NCBI GenBank assembly: GCA_035636295.1
Contig: DASPZL010000440.1
Span: 5,404-69,403 of the forward strand
Length of the DNA: 64,000 nucleotides
Source: Paraburkholderia sp.
Lineage (GTDB): Bacteria; Pseudomonadota; Gammaproteobacteria; Burkholderiales; Burkholderiaceae
Direction of reading: 5' to 3'
The notes beneath the pieces are model-generated. The model had not been told where the DNA came from. It saw only the letters and a list, made by a program, of their open reading frames with translations, and made no database searches. A program made the translations under genes and the position numbers. Shown here piece after piece: positions 28,159 through 37,891 of the stretch. The stretch's first letter is position 1. Every line of letters begins with the position of its first letter.

Positions 28159-28175
28159 ATTGCTCTAGGACAATA
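28159..28175. promoter_or_regulatory. putative EnuR/EhuR operator in the ehuB/regulator divergent region
   Basis: ATTGCTCTAGGACAAT imperfect palindrome; CTAGGACAATA repeated exactly at 29674-29684. Confidence 0.6.
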
Positions 28176-28250
28176 ATTTTCCCGTATCGTTTGGCCGCAC
28201 TATTGAAGTGGAAGCAGATAAAGGCGGGCTTAGAACGGTGGAGGGCAGCG

Positions 28251-29648
28251 GTGATCGAGCAGTGGCGGGAGGCCGTGCGTGCGGTGCATGGCGTGGAGTC
28301 GAAATATAAACGGCTGGTGAAGGCGATTGCGGGCGACATCGAGAGCGCGTCGTTACCCGCGGGCGCGCGGCTGCCGCCGCAGCGCGACGTCGCCGCTGAA
28401 TTGGCGATCAGCGTGCAGACGGTGACCAATGCCTATAAAGAGTTGGAACGCCAGGGGCTGATCCGCTGTGAAGTGGGGCGCGGCAGTTTCGTGGCGGCGC
28501 GCGTGACCGAAACCATGTCGAGCTACATGCTTGATACGGCCGAGCGCTCGGTGGTCGACTTCTCGATCGCGCGCATCGTGCATACGCCGGAGCACGACGC
28601 CATGTGGCGCAAGGTATGCGCGACGCTCTCCACACTCGACGACCAACCGTGGATTCGCGCGTTCCGGCCGATTGCCGGCTTCGAGCACCATCGGCAGGCG
28701 GGGATTGCGTGGCTCGCGTCGTTGGGCATGCCCGCCTCGCTGGACACGCTGCTCGTGACGAACGGCGCCGCGCACGGCATCTTCCTGGCGCTGGCTTCGC
28801 TGGTTGGCCCTGGCGACACGGTGCTGTGCGAAAGCCTGACCGACCATGGCGTGATCGGCTCCGCGAATGTACTGGGATTCACGCTGAAAGGCCTGGAGAT
28901 CGACGAGTACGGCATTCATCCCGAACACTTCGAGGAGATGTGCGACAGCGAGCGCATCACTGCGCTCGTCTGCACGCCCACGCTGAACAATCCCACCGTC
29001 GCGATGATGCCGGATTCGCGGCGCCGCGCGATCGCGCGCATCGCCGAACGCTACGGCGTGTACGTGATCGAGGACGATGTCTACGGCCCTTTGCCCGCCA
29101 AAGCCGCCACGCCGATATCGAGCCTGATCCCGGAGTTGTCGTTCTACTGCACGAGCATGACGAAATCGGTGCTGACGGGTTTGCGCATCGGCTATCTGAC
29201 TACGCCGCGGCGGCTCGCGCTGCGCGCCGAAAGCGTGCTGCGCGTGAGCAGCTGGATGGCGACCTCGCCGATGGCCGAAGTGGCGACACGCTGGATCGTC
29301 GACGGCACGGCCGAACGTCTCGTGCAGATACAACGCGAACGTTTGGGCCGGCGTCAGGCGCAATTGCAGCAGACGCTCGGCAGCTACGTGCTCGGCGCGC
29401 ATCCGCAGGCGTTGTCCGCGTGGTTGCGCGTGCCGGACCATTGGCAGGCGGATAGGCTGGTCAGAGAACTGCGCAACCGCGATATCGCGGTGACCTCGCC
29501 CGATCCTTTTCTCGTGCGCGGCGCGGACCGGCCGAATGCGGTGCGCGTTTGCGTGGGCGCCGAAGTGAGCGAAGAGACTTATAAAGGCGCGCTGGAAATC
29601 ATGCGCGACGTGTTCGAGCAGTATCCGCAGGTGCATGATTTCACGTGA
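28251..29648 (+). CDS. enuR: MocR/GabR-family PLP-dependent regulator of ectoine utilisation (EnuR/EhuR)
   Basis: RLPPQRDVA...TVTNAYKEL wHTH plus aminotransferase domain (IEDDVYG, SMTKS, GLRIG); GTG start after GGAGGG. Confidence 0.85.
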   Translation: MIEQWREAVRAVHGVESKYKRLVKAIAGDIESASLPAGARLPPQRDVAAELAISVQTVTNAYKELERQGLIRCEVGRGSFVAARVTETMSSYMLDTAERSVVDFSIARIVHTPEHDAMWRKVCATLSTLDDQPWIRAFRPIAGFEHHRQAGIAWLASLGMPASLDTLLVTNGAAHGIFLALASLVGPGDTVLCESLTDHGVIGSANVLGFTLKGLEIDEYGIHPEHFEEMCDSERITALVCTPTLNNPTVAMMPDSRRRAIARIAERYGVYVIEDDVYGPLPAKAATPISSLIPELSFYCTSMTKSVLTGLRIGYLTTPRRLALRAESVLRVSSWMATSPMAEVATRWIVDGTAERLVQIQRERLGRRQAQLQQTLGSYVLGAHPQALSAWLRVPDHWQADRLVRELRNRDIAVTSPDPFLVRGADRPNAVRVCVGAEVSEETYKGALEIMRDVFEQYPQVHDFT

Positions 29649-29667
29649 GCGGACGCGGCGTGAGCGA

Positions 29668-29684
29668 AATGAACTAGGACAATA
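29668..29684. promoter_or_regulatory. second putative EnuR operator, upstream of eutB
   Basis: AATGAACTAGGACAATA, aligning with 28159-28175. Confidence 0.55.
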
Positions 29685-29801
29685 GAAATCCATTTTTAGA
29701 ACATTAGACTGGCCTGCATTGAAGACGATGCGGCCGCAACCAGCGCAATAGCGCAGGCGCGACGGCATCGGAACCGAATCCTTTCGTGCAAGGCCGAGTT
29801 C

Positions 29802-30806
29802 ATGTCCGTCCTGTCGCTAGCCGATGTCTACCGCGCGCGCCGCCGTATCGAGGGGCGCGTCGTTCGCACGCCGCTGATCGAATCGCAGACGCTGTCGGCA
29901 GCCGCCGGCACGCCGGTCTTTCTCAAGCTCGAAACCGTGCAGCCCACCGGCAGTTTCAAACTGCGCGGCGCGACCAACGCGCTCGCGCGTCTCGCCGAAC
30001 AAGGCTGCCGCAAGGTCGTCACCGCATCCACGGGCAATCACGGCCGCGCCGTTGCGCATGCGGCGCGCGCGCTGGGGATCGACGCGACTGTGTGCATGTC
30101 GGCGCTCGTGCCGGGCAACAAGGTGGAGGCGGTGCGGGCGCTCGGCGCGCAAGTGCGCATTGTCGGCAACAGCCAGGACGATGCGGAACACGAGGCGCTA
30201 CGGCTCGTTCGCGAGGAAGGTTTCGCGTATGTGCCGCCGTTCGACGATCCGCACGTGATCGCCGGCCAGGCGACGATTGGACTCGAAATCGTCGAAGCGT
30301 TGCCAGACGTCGCGAACGTCGTCGTGCCGTTATCCGGCGGCGGCCTCTTTGCAGGCGTCGCATTTGCCGCCAAAAACGTGAATCGCGCGATCGGCCTGAC
30401 CGGCGTGACGATGGAGCGCGGCGCCGCGATGCACGCGAGTCTCGCGGCCGGCCGGCCCGTGCTCGTGGACGAAGTCGAAACGCTCGCCGATTCGCTCGGC
30501 GGCGGCATCGGACTCGAAAACCGCTATACGTATGCGCTCACGCGCGACCTGATCGACGAGACGGTGCTGCTCGGCGAGGCGTCGATCGCGCGTGGCATCG
30601 TCCACGCTTACCGGTACGAGCGGCTCGTCGTGGAAGGCGCGGCGGCGGTGGGAATCGCCGCGCTGCTCGACGGCGCGCTGCCGGCCGAACGCGTTAAACG
30701 CGGCCCGCTCGTGCTGATCGTGACGGGCGCCAACATCGATATGAATCTGCATCACCGCATCGTCGAATCCACGCCGATGCAATCCGACTCGCGCAATCCT
30801 CTATGA
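29802..30806 (+). CDS. eutB: hydroxyectoine utilisation dehydratase (threonine dehydratase-like, PLP)
   Basis: GSFKLRGA, STGNHG, LSGGGL, LADSLGGGIG. Confidence 0.9.
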   Translation: MSVLSLADVYRARRRIEGRVVRTPLIESQTLSAAAGTPVFLKLETVQPTGSFKLRGATNALARLAEQGCRKVVTASTGNHGRAVAHAARALGIDATVCMSALVPGNKVEAVRALGAQVRIVGNSQDDAEHEALRLVREEGFAYVPPFDDPHVIAGQATIGLEIVEALPDVANVVVPLSGGGLFAGVAFAAKNVNRAIGLTGVTMERGAAMHASLAAGRPVLVDEVETLADSLGGGIGLENRYTYALTRDLIDETVLLGEASIARGIVHAYRYERLVVEGAAAVGIAALLDGALPAERVKRGPLVLIVTGANIDMNLHHRIVESTPMQSDSRNPL

Positions 30807-31804
30807 CCTCGATCACGCTCCTTGGCGAAGCGCAGCTTCGCGAACTCGTGCCGCTCGATCGTGCCGCGATCGATCAGGTGGAATCGGCCTTTCTCGCCCT
30901 CGCCACTGAGGCCGTCGCGATGCCGCCGATCCTGCGGCTCGATCTGCCCGAACACAACGGCGAAGTCGACGTGAAAACCGCCTACCTGCCGCGCTTCGAT
31001 AGTTTCGCCATCAAGGTGAGCCCCGGCTTCTTCAATAATCCGGCGCTCGGTTTGCCGAGCCTTAACGGGCTGATGCTGGTGCTCTCGGCGAAGACAGGTT
31101 TGACCGAGGCGGTGCTGCTCGACAACGGCTATCTAACGGCGGTGCGTACCGCGGCCGCGGGTGCGGTCGCCGCGCGCTGGCTCGCCAAACAGCACACGCC
31201 GCAAGTCGCGGTGCTCGGCGCAGGCGAACAGGCGCGTTTGCAGTTGCAGGCGTTGATGCTCGTGCGGCACGTCGAACGCGTGCGCGTTTGGGCGCGCAAT
31301 CCTGCCAATGCGCAGCGTTTCGCTGAAGAGATGACCGCATCGCTGGGCGTGCCATGCGAGGTCGCGCGCGATGTTCATCACGCATTGGCCGAAGCGGATG
31401 TGGCCATCACCACGACGCCGAGCCGCACGCCGTTGATCGAAGCCGCACACCTGCATTCAGGTTTGCACGTTACGGCAATGGGTTCGGACGCCGAACACAA
31501 GAACGAAATCGCGCCGGCCGCGTTGGCGGCGGCGCGCTATATCTGCGACCGCGCGCAGCAAACGCGTGTCTTGGGCGAACTGCATCATGCGCTGAATGCC
31601 GGCACGATGCGCGCCGATGCCGCCGTGACCGAACTGGGCCAGGTGATCGCGGAACAGGCCGTGGGCCGCGCCGATGATTCGGACGTGACGATCTGCGACC
31701 TGACCGGCACCGGCGCGCAGGACACCGCGATCGCGGCGCTCGCCTTGCAGCGTGCGCGCGCCGCGGGCGCAGGAACGATTTTTCGCAACGATGTGAAGCG
31801 CTGA
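30803..31804 (+). CDS. eutC: ectoine utilisation protein, ornithine cyclodeaminase/mu-crystallin family
   Basis: GEVDVKTAY, LTAVRTAAAG, GAGEQA, DLTGTGAQD. Confidence 0.9.
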   Translation: MTSITLLGEAQLRELVPLDRAAIDQVESAFLALATEAVAMPPILRLDLPEHNGEVDVKTAYLPRFDSFAIKVSPGFFNNPALGLPSLNGLMLVLSAKTGLTEAVLLDNGYLTAVRTAAAGAVAARWLAKQHTPQVAVLGAGEQARLQLQALMLVRHVERVRVWARNPANAQRFAEEMTASLGVPCEVARDVHHALAEADVAITTTPSRTPLIEAAHLHSGLHVTAMGSDAEHKNEIAPAALAAARYICDRAQQTRVLGELHHALNAGTMRADAAVTELGQVIAEQAVGRADDSDVTICDLTGTGAQDTAIAALALQRARAAGAGTIFRNDVKR

Positions 31805-31813
31805 GAGGGCACG

Positions 31814-33046
31814 ATGTCTGAGACAACACAACTGGAACGAAAGGCGGGCGTGAGCGCACAAGCGCCGGTCGTGCGTTTGCCGTTCGAGAGGGCCGAATAC
31901 GCCGCACGTATCGGCAAAACGCGCAAGGCGATGCAGGCGGCGGGGATCGAATTGCTGATCGTGTCGGACCCGACCAACATGGCGTGGCTGACCGGTTACG
32001 ACGGCTGGTCTTTCTATGTGCATCAATGCGTGCTGCTGGCGCTCGACGGCGAGCCGGTATGGTTCGGCCGCGGCCAGGACGCCAATGGCGCGAAGCGCAC
32101 GGTGTTCATGCAACACGAGCAGATCATCGGTTATCCGGATCATTACGTGCAGTCCGCCGAGCGTCATCCGATGGACTATCTTGCGCGTGAAGTCATCGAG
32201 TCGCGTGGCTGGGGCGCGCTGAAGATCGGCGTGGAAATGGACAACTACTATTTCAGCGCCGCCGCCTATCGTTCGCTCGTCGCCCACCTGCCGAAAGCGC
32301 AGTGGCGCGATGCGACCGCGCTGGTCAACTGGCAACGCGCGGTGAAGTCGCCGCGCGAGATCGAATACATGCGGGTCGCCGCTCGCATCGTCGAGAAGAT
32401 GCATGCGCATATCGTCGAGCGTATCGAGCCCGGCATGCGCAAGAACGATCTGGTTGCCGAGATTTACTCGGCGGGGATTACGGGTGTCGACGGCCACGGC
32501 GGCGACTATCCGGCGATCGTGCCTTTGCTGCCGACCGGCGCGGACGCCGCCGCGCCGCATCTGACGTGGGACGACACGCCGTTTGTGAGGGACGCCGGCA
32601 CGTTCTTCGAAATCGCCGGCTGCTTCAAGCGCTATCACTGCCCGCAGTCGCGCACCGTGTATCTCGGCAAGCCGCCGAAGCATTTCATCGAAGGCGAACG
32701 CGCGGTGGTCGAAGGTATCGAAGCAGGTCTTGCCGCGGCCAAACCCGGCAATACGTGCGAAGACATCGCCAACGCATTCTTCGCGATGCTGCACAAATAC
32801 GGCATCGAAAAGAACAGCCGCTGCGGTTATCCGATCGGCGCGAGCTATCCGCCGGACTGGGGCGAACGCACGATGAGCCTGCGCCCTGGAGACAAAACCG
32901 TTCTCCAACCCGGCATGACGTTTCACTTCATGCCGGGCCTGTGGCTCGACGACTGGGGGCTGGAAATCACCGAAAGCATTCTGATTACCGAGACCGGCGT
33001 CGAGACGTTTTGCAACACGCCGCGCAAGCTGTTCGTGAAGGAGTAG
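31814..33046 (+). CDS. doeA: ectoine hydrolase (M24 fold), DoeA/EutD
   Basis: WLTGYDGWSFYVHQ, GGDYPAIVP, YPPDWGERTMS, FHFMPGLW. Confidence 0.93.
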   Translation: MSETTQLERKAGVSAQAPVVRLPFERAEYAARIGKTRKAMQAAGIELLIVSDPTNMAWLTGYDGWSFYVHQCVLLALDGEPVWFGRGQDANGAKRTVFMQHEQIIGYPDHYVQSAERHPMDYLAREVIESRGWGALKIGVEMDNYYFSAAAYRSLVAHLPKAQWRDATALVNWQRAVKSPREIEYMRVAARIVEKMHAHIVERIEPGMRKNDLVAEIYSAGITGVDGHGGDYPAIVPLLPTGADAAAPHLTWDDTPFVRDAGTFFEIAGCFKRYHCPQSRTVYLGKPPKHFIEGERAVVEGIEAGLAAAKPGNTCEDIANAFFAMLHKYGIEKNSRCGYPIGASYPPDWGERTMSLRPGDKTVLQPGMTFHFMPGLWLDDWGLEITESILITETGVETFCNTPRKLFVKE

Positions 33047-33051
33047 TGCAT

Positions 33052-34083
33052 ATGCGGGCATCACCCATTCAGCCGACGGTCGATTTCAATGCCGACGGCG
33101 AACAGCACGGTTTTCTGAAGCTGCCGCATTCGCACGATGCTTCCGCGTGGGGCGCGGTGATGATCCCGATCACCGTGATCCGCAACGGCGAGGGTCCGAC
33201 GGCGTTGCTCACCGGCGGCAATCACGGTGACGAATACGAAGGGCCGATTGCGTTGTCGAGGTTGGCCGCGACGCTGAAAGCGGCAGACGTGAAGGGCCGC
33301 GTCATCATCGTGCCGTTCATGAATTACCCGGCGTTTCGTGCGGGCAGCCGCACGTCGCCGATCGACCACGGCAATCTGAATCGCAGCTTCCCAGGCAAGG
33401 CGAACGGCACGGTCACTGAGAAAATCGCGGACTATTTCCAGCGCTATCTGCTGCCGCTCGCGGACTACGTGCTCGATCTGCACGCGGGCGGCCGCACGCT
33501 CGACTTCGTGCCGTTCGCCGCGGTTCACGTGCTGCCCGACGCACGGCAGCAGGCGCAGTGCGAAGCGGCGATGCGCGCGTTCGGCGCGCCGTATTCGATG
33601 CGTATGCTCGAACTCGATAGCGTGGGCCTGTTCGATACGGCGGTGGAAGAAGCGGGCAAGGTGTTCGTCTCGACGGAACTCGGCGGCGGCGGAACGGCGA
33701 CGGCGCAAAGCGTCGCGGTGGCGTCGTGTGGCGTGCGTGGCTTTCTGCTGAACGCGGGCATTCTCGAGCGACGTGAAGCAGCAGTGGACCCGAAAACCCC
33801 CCGCACCACCACGCTGCTCGATATGCCCGACGGCACGTGTTATACGACCAGCGAGCACGACGGCCTGCTGGAGTTGTGCAAGGACCTCGGTGAAATGGTC
33901 GAAAGCGGCGAGCTGATCGCGCGGATTTACGACGCGTCGCGCACGGGCGTCGCGCCGGTCGAATATCGCGCGCGACGCAGCGGCCTGCTTGCGGCGCGGC
34001 ATTTTCCGGGGCTCGTGCGGATCGGCGATACGGTCGCGGTGGTGGCCGACGTCGTCGAGCGCGGCATACCGGTGAACGTTTGA
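33052..34083 (+). CDS. doeB: N-alpha-acetyl-L-2,4-diaminobutyrate deacetylase, DoeB/EutE
   Basis: GGNHGDEYEG, NLNRSFPG, LDLHAGG, TELGGG (AstE/AspA family). Confidence 0.93.
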   Translation: MRASPIQPTVDFNADGEQHGFLKLPHSHDASAWGAVMIPITVIRNGEGPTALLTGGNHGDEYEGPIALSRLAATLKAADVKGRVIIVPFMNYPAFRAGSRTSPIDHGNLNRSFPGKANGTVTEKIADYFQRYLLPLADYVLDLHAGGRTLDFVPFAAVHVLPDARQQAQCEAAMRAFGAPYSMRMLELDSVGLFDTAVEEAGKVFVSTELGGGGTATAQSVAVASCGVRGFLLNAGILERREAAVDPKTPRTTTLLDMPDGTCYTTSEHDGLLELCKDLGEMVESGELIARIYDASRTGVAPVEYRARRSGLLAARHFPGLVRIGDTVAVVADVVERGIPVNV

Positions 34084-34090
34084 TCGCGCG

Positions 34091-34582
34091 ATGAAACTCG
34101 ACCGCTACGACCTCGCGATTTTGCGCATCCTCGCGCGTGACGGACGCATCACCAAGTCGCGCCTCGCCGAGGAAATCAATCTGTCGATCTCGCCGGCGTG
34201 GGAGCGTGTGAAGCGCCTCGAAGAAAGCGGCGTGATTCGCGGTTACCGTGCGGATATCGACTGGGTGCGCGCGTTCAAGGGCAGCCGTGTCGTGGTCGAA
34301 GTGACGCTCGCGCGGCATACCGCGCAGGACATGCGGCGCTTCGAGGAACGTGTGAGCGCGGCGTCCGAGGTCGTGCAATGCCATGCGACGGGTGGTGGCG
34401 TCGACTATGTGATGCACGTGATGTCGCGCGACATCGATCACTATCAGCGCTTTATCGATTCGCTGCTGACCGATGAACTGGGCATCGAAAAGTACTTCAC
34501 GTATATCGTCACCAAAGTGGTGAAGAGCATGCCGGAAGGTTTGCCGGATTGGGCGGATGAAGCCGTTGGCGAAAGCGGTTGA
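34091..34582 (+). CDS. doeX: Lrp/AsnC family regulator, DoeX
   Basis: LDRYDLAILRIL...ERVKRLEESGVIRGY; position in the ectoine cluster. Confidence 0.88.
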   Translation: MKLDRYDLAILRILARDGRITKSRLAEEINLSISPAWERVKRLEESGVIRGYRADIDWVRAFKGSRVVVEVTLARHTAQDMRRFEERVSAASEVVQCHATGGGVDYVMHVMSRDIDHYQRFIDSLLTDELGIEKYFTYIVTKVVKSMPEGLPDWADEAVGESG

Positions 34583-34603
34583 AGCATCGCGGCAACACCG
34601 CCG

Positions 34604-34671
34604 AAAAAACACCACACGCCATGGTGAAATCCAGAAAAAACGTGCACCTGCAGGTTCCGGAACCAAAAAAA
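34604..34671 (+). promoter_or_regulatory. three phased A-tracts, candidate Lrp/AsnC (DoeX) binding array
   Basis: A6 at 34604-34609, A6 at 34635-34640 and A7 at 34665-34671; tract ends exactly 31 bp apart. Confidence 0.45.
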
Positions 34672-34726
34672 CCGCATCGCCACAGAACGTACAGTGACAG
34701 ACATACATCGCACACAGGAGGTCGTC

Positions 34727-36250
34727 ATGTTGCTGGGTCACCCGGTTCTCTTCAAATCGCTGTGCTACGTCGACGGACGCTGGGTGCACAGCGCCAGCGC
34801 AGCCAGCGTCGCCGTGCAGAATCCCGCCGATCAGCAGATACTCGGCCACGTGCCGATGCTCGACGCGTCGCAGATCACCGAAGCGGTCGACGCCGCGCAG
34901 CGCGCGTTCTCGACATGGCGCTGGCTGCCGGTCGCGAAACGGTCGGCACTGCTGTTGCGCTGGCACGAACTGATTCTGCGCCATCAACACGATCTGGCCG
35001 CGATTCTGTCGCTCGAACAGGGCAAGCCGCTCGCGGAAGCACGCGGCGAAATCGCGTACGGCGCGAGTTTCGTCGAGTGGTTCGCGCATGAAGTGCGGCG
35101 CCTGAATGGCCGCACGATTCCCACGCATATCGACGGCGCGCAGCTCGGCACCCTGATTGAACCGGTCGGCGTGGCCGCGTTGATCACGCCGTGGAATTTC
35201 CCCTGCGCGATGATCACGCGCAAGGCGGCCGCCGCGCTTGCGGCGGGTTGCACGGTGGTCGTGAAGCCCGCGCACGAAACGCCGTTCTCGGCATTGGCAC
35301 TCGCGCAACTCGCGGAAGAAGCGGGCTTTCCGGCAGGCGTATTCAACGTCGTGCTCGGCGAACCGCAAATGGCAATGGAAATGCTGGTGAGCGACACGCG
35401 GGTACGCTCGGTGAGCTTCACGGGTTCAACACGTGTCGGTTCGCTCGTCATGCAGACGGCGGCCAAAGCGGGCATCAAGAAAACGGCGCTGGAACTGGGC
35501 GGCAATGCGCCCTTCATCGTGACCGAAGACGCCGACCTCGACCAGGCCGTGCGCGTCGCGATCGCCGCGAAGTTTCAAACGTCGGGTCAGGACTGCTGCG
35601 CGGCAAATCGAATTTTCGTCGCGCGTAAGCTGTATGAAGCGTTCGTCGCGCAATACAGCGAAGCGGTGAGAAAGCTCAACGTGGGCTCCGCATTCGAAGC
35701 AAGCGTGGACGTGGGCCCGCTGATGCATCAAGCCGCCTTCGACACTACCGCGCAGCGCGTGGCGGACGCCAAAGCGAAGGGCGCACGCATCACGGTGGGC
35801 GGCGCTGCGCATGAACGCGGCGGCTGGTTCTTCCAGCCGACCGTGGTCGCCGACGCCGCGCCCGGCATGCGCATCTATGACGAGGAAAACTTCGCGCCGA
35901 TCTCCGCCGTGTCGCCGTTCGATTCGCTCGACGAAGTGATCGAACGCGCGAACGATACGGAATACGGCCTCGCCGCCTACGTGTGCGCCAAAGACCTCAA
36001 CACGGTATTTCAACTGATTCGCCGTCTCGACTTCGCAATGGTCTCCGTGAACGGCGTGAAGTTCACCGGCGCGCCGATTCCGTTCGGCGGCATCAAGGCA
36101 TCGGGCCTCGGTCGCGAAGGCGGCGCCGAGGGCTTCGAGCCGTTCGTCGAGACGCGCTATTTCTGCCTCGGCCAACTCGGCTTGCCGGTGACCGACAGCA
36201 TTCCCGCTCACCGCACGACCGCTGCGACTTACGCGGCAGCGGCGGCCTGA
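34727..36250 (+). CDS. doeC: aspartate/succinate-semialdehyde dehydrogenase (GabD-like ALDH), DoeC
   Basis: ITPWNFP, FTGST, LELGGNAP, GQDCC, EENFAP; AGGAGG RBS. Confidence 0.88.
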   Translation: MLLGHPVLFKSLCYVDGRWVHSASAASVAVQNPADQQILGHVPMLDASQITEAVDAAQRAFSTWRWLPVAKRSALLLRWHELILRHQHDLAAILSLEQGKPLAEARGEIAYGASFVEWFAHEVRRLNGRTIPTHIDGAQLGTLIEPVGVAALITPWNFPCAMITRKAAAALAAGCTVVVKPAHETPFSALALAQLAEEAGFPAGVFNVVLGEPQMAMEMLVSDTRVRSVSFTGSTRVGSLVMQTAAKAGIKKTALELGGNAPFIVTEDADLDQAVRVAIAAKFQTSGQDCCAANRIFVARKLYEAFVAQYSEAVRKLNVGSAFEASVDVGPLMHQAAFDTTAQRVADAKAKGARITVGGAAHERGGWFFQPTVVADAAPGMRIYDEENFAPISAVSPFDSLDEVIERANDTEYGLAAYVCAKDLNTVFQLIRRLDFAMVSVNGVKFTGAPIPFGGIKASGLGREGGAEGFEPFVETRYFCLGQLGLPVTDSIPAHRTTAATYAAAAA

Positions 36251-36291
36251 GCCAACACAACGCATTCAACGATTCAACGAAGGAGCTTTCC

Positions 36292-37689
36292 ATGACCCAA
36301 CTCGACCAACTCTTCGAAGCCGACCGCGCGCATTTCATGCATCCTTCGACGCACGCTCACGATCATGCGAGCGGCGCGCTGCCGGGCCGCATCGTGACGG
36401 GTGCGAAAGGCATCCGCATTGAAGACCACCAGGGCAAGTCGTATATCGACGCGTTCGCGGGCCTGTATTGCGTGAACATCGGCTATGGCCGCACCGAAGT
36501 CGCCGAAGCGATCTACGAGCAGGCGAAGAAGCTCGCCTACTATCACACGTATGTCGGCCACTCGACCGATACGATCATCGAACTGTCGTCGCGCATCATC
36601 GACTGGGCGCCGCAGGGCATGAAGAAGGTGTACTACGGCTTGTCCGGTTCGGACGCCAACGAAACGCAGATCAAGCTCGTCTGGTATTACAACAACGTCA
36701 AGGGACGTCCGAACAAGAAGAAGATCATTTCGCGCCAGCGCGGCTATCACGGCTCGGGCATCGTCACGGGCAGCCTGACCGGCTTGGCGAGTTTTCATCA
36801 ATGTTTCGATTTGCCGATCGAGCGCGTCAAACATACGGTGTGCCCGCACTGGTATCGGCATGCGCCGGCCGGCATGAACGAGGCGCAGTTCGTCGCGTAT
36901 TGCGTCGAGGAACTGGAGAAGCTGATCGCGCAGGAAGGCGCCGATACGATCGCCGCCTTCATCGCCGAGCCGGTGATGGGCACGGGCGGCATCTTGCCGC
37001 CGCCGGCCGGTTACTGGGCGGCGATTCAACAGGTTCTGAAGAAGCACGACATTCTGCTGATCAGCGATGAAGTGGTGTGCGGTTTCGGCCGGCTAGGTTC
37101 GAAGATGGGCGCGCAACACTACGGCATCACGCCGGATCTGATCACGGTGGCGAAGGGGCTGACCAGCGCGTATGCGCCGCTGTCGGGCGTGATCGTCAGC
37201 GAGAAGGTGTGGGACGTGATCGACAAGGCGTCGCAGGAATTCGGCGCGATGGGTCACGGCTGGACGTATTCGGGCCATCCGATTTGCGCGGCCGCGGCGC
37301 TTGCGAACCTCGATATTCTGGAGCGCGAGAACCTCACGCAGAACGCGGCGCAAACGGGTGCGTACCTGCTCGAACAACTGCACGCGGCATTCGACTCGCA
37401 TCCGCTCGTCGGCGAAGTGCGCGGCGCGGGCATGCTGGCCGCGCTCGAATTCATGGCCGACAAGGACGGGCGCCAGCCTTTCGATGCGGCGCTGAAGGTC
37501 GGTCCGCGCGTTTCGGCTGCCGCGTTGCAACGCGGCTTGATTGCGCGCGCGATGCCGCACGGCGATATTCTCGGCTTTGCGCCGCCGTTGGTGACGTCGC
37601 GCAACGACGTCGATGAAATCGTGAAGCTCGCGCGCGCGGCGGTGGATGAAGTCGCTTCGCAAGTGCTCACGCCGGCGGCTTCCGCTTAA
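36292..37689 (+). CDS. doeD: diaminobutyrate aminotransferase (class III), DoeD
   Basis: DAFAGLYCVN, SGSDANET, YHGS, DEVVCGFGR, VAKGLTS; AAGGAG RBS. Confidence 0.9.
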   Translation: MTQLDQLFEADRAHFMHPSTHAHDHASGALPGRIVTGAKGIRIEDHQGKSYIDAFAGLYCVNIGYGRTEVAEAIYEQAKKLAYYHTYVGHSTDTIIELSSRIIDWAPQGMKKVYYGLSGSDANETQIKLVWYYNNVKGRPNKKKIISRQRGYHGSGIVTGSLTGLASFHQCFDLPIERVKHTVCPHWYRHAPAGMNEAQFVAYCVEELEKLIAQEGADTIAAFIAEPVMGTGGILPPPAGYWAAIQQVLKKHDILLISDEVVCGFGRLGSKMGAQHYGITPDLITVAKGLTSAYAPLSGVIVSEKVWDVIDKASQEFGAMGHGWTYSGHPICAAAALANLDILERENLTQNAAQTGAYLLEQLHAAFDSHPLVGEVRGAGMLAALEFMADKDGRQPFDAALKVGPRVSAAALQRGLIARAMPHGDILGFAPPLVTSRNDVDEIVKLARAAVDEVASQVLTPAASA

Positions 37690-37891
37690 CGGGGAAGCAC
37701 GCTCGGTTGGCCGTCTCACGGCGGCTAACCCAAGCCGGCCGGCCCTTGGCCCCGGCCCAACAGCACGCCCGTTCGTGTACCGCGGCATCCCGACTACGGG
37801 ATGCCGCGGCTTCGCAAACGGGCGCTTTGCATGTTATAAGCCCAAGACAGCTTTCGTGATCGTCTGATGAAAGAGTCTTGGGGGATATTGA

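Noticed and set aside
28032-28250. N-terminal extensions in the ORF track (enuR; also porin, DedA, LysR, oxlT, pcaI, pcaB)
   Set aside because: The extensions run through promoter DNA; downstream starts have RBSs or match domain boundaries.
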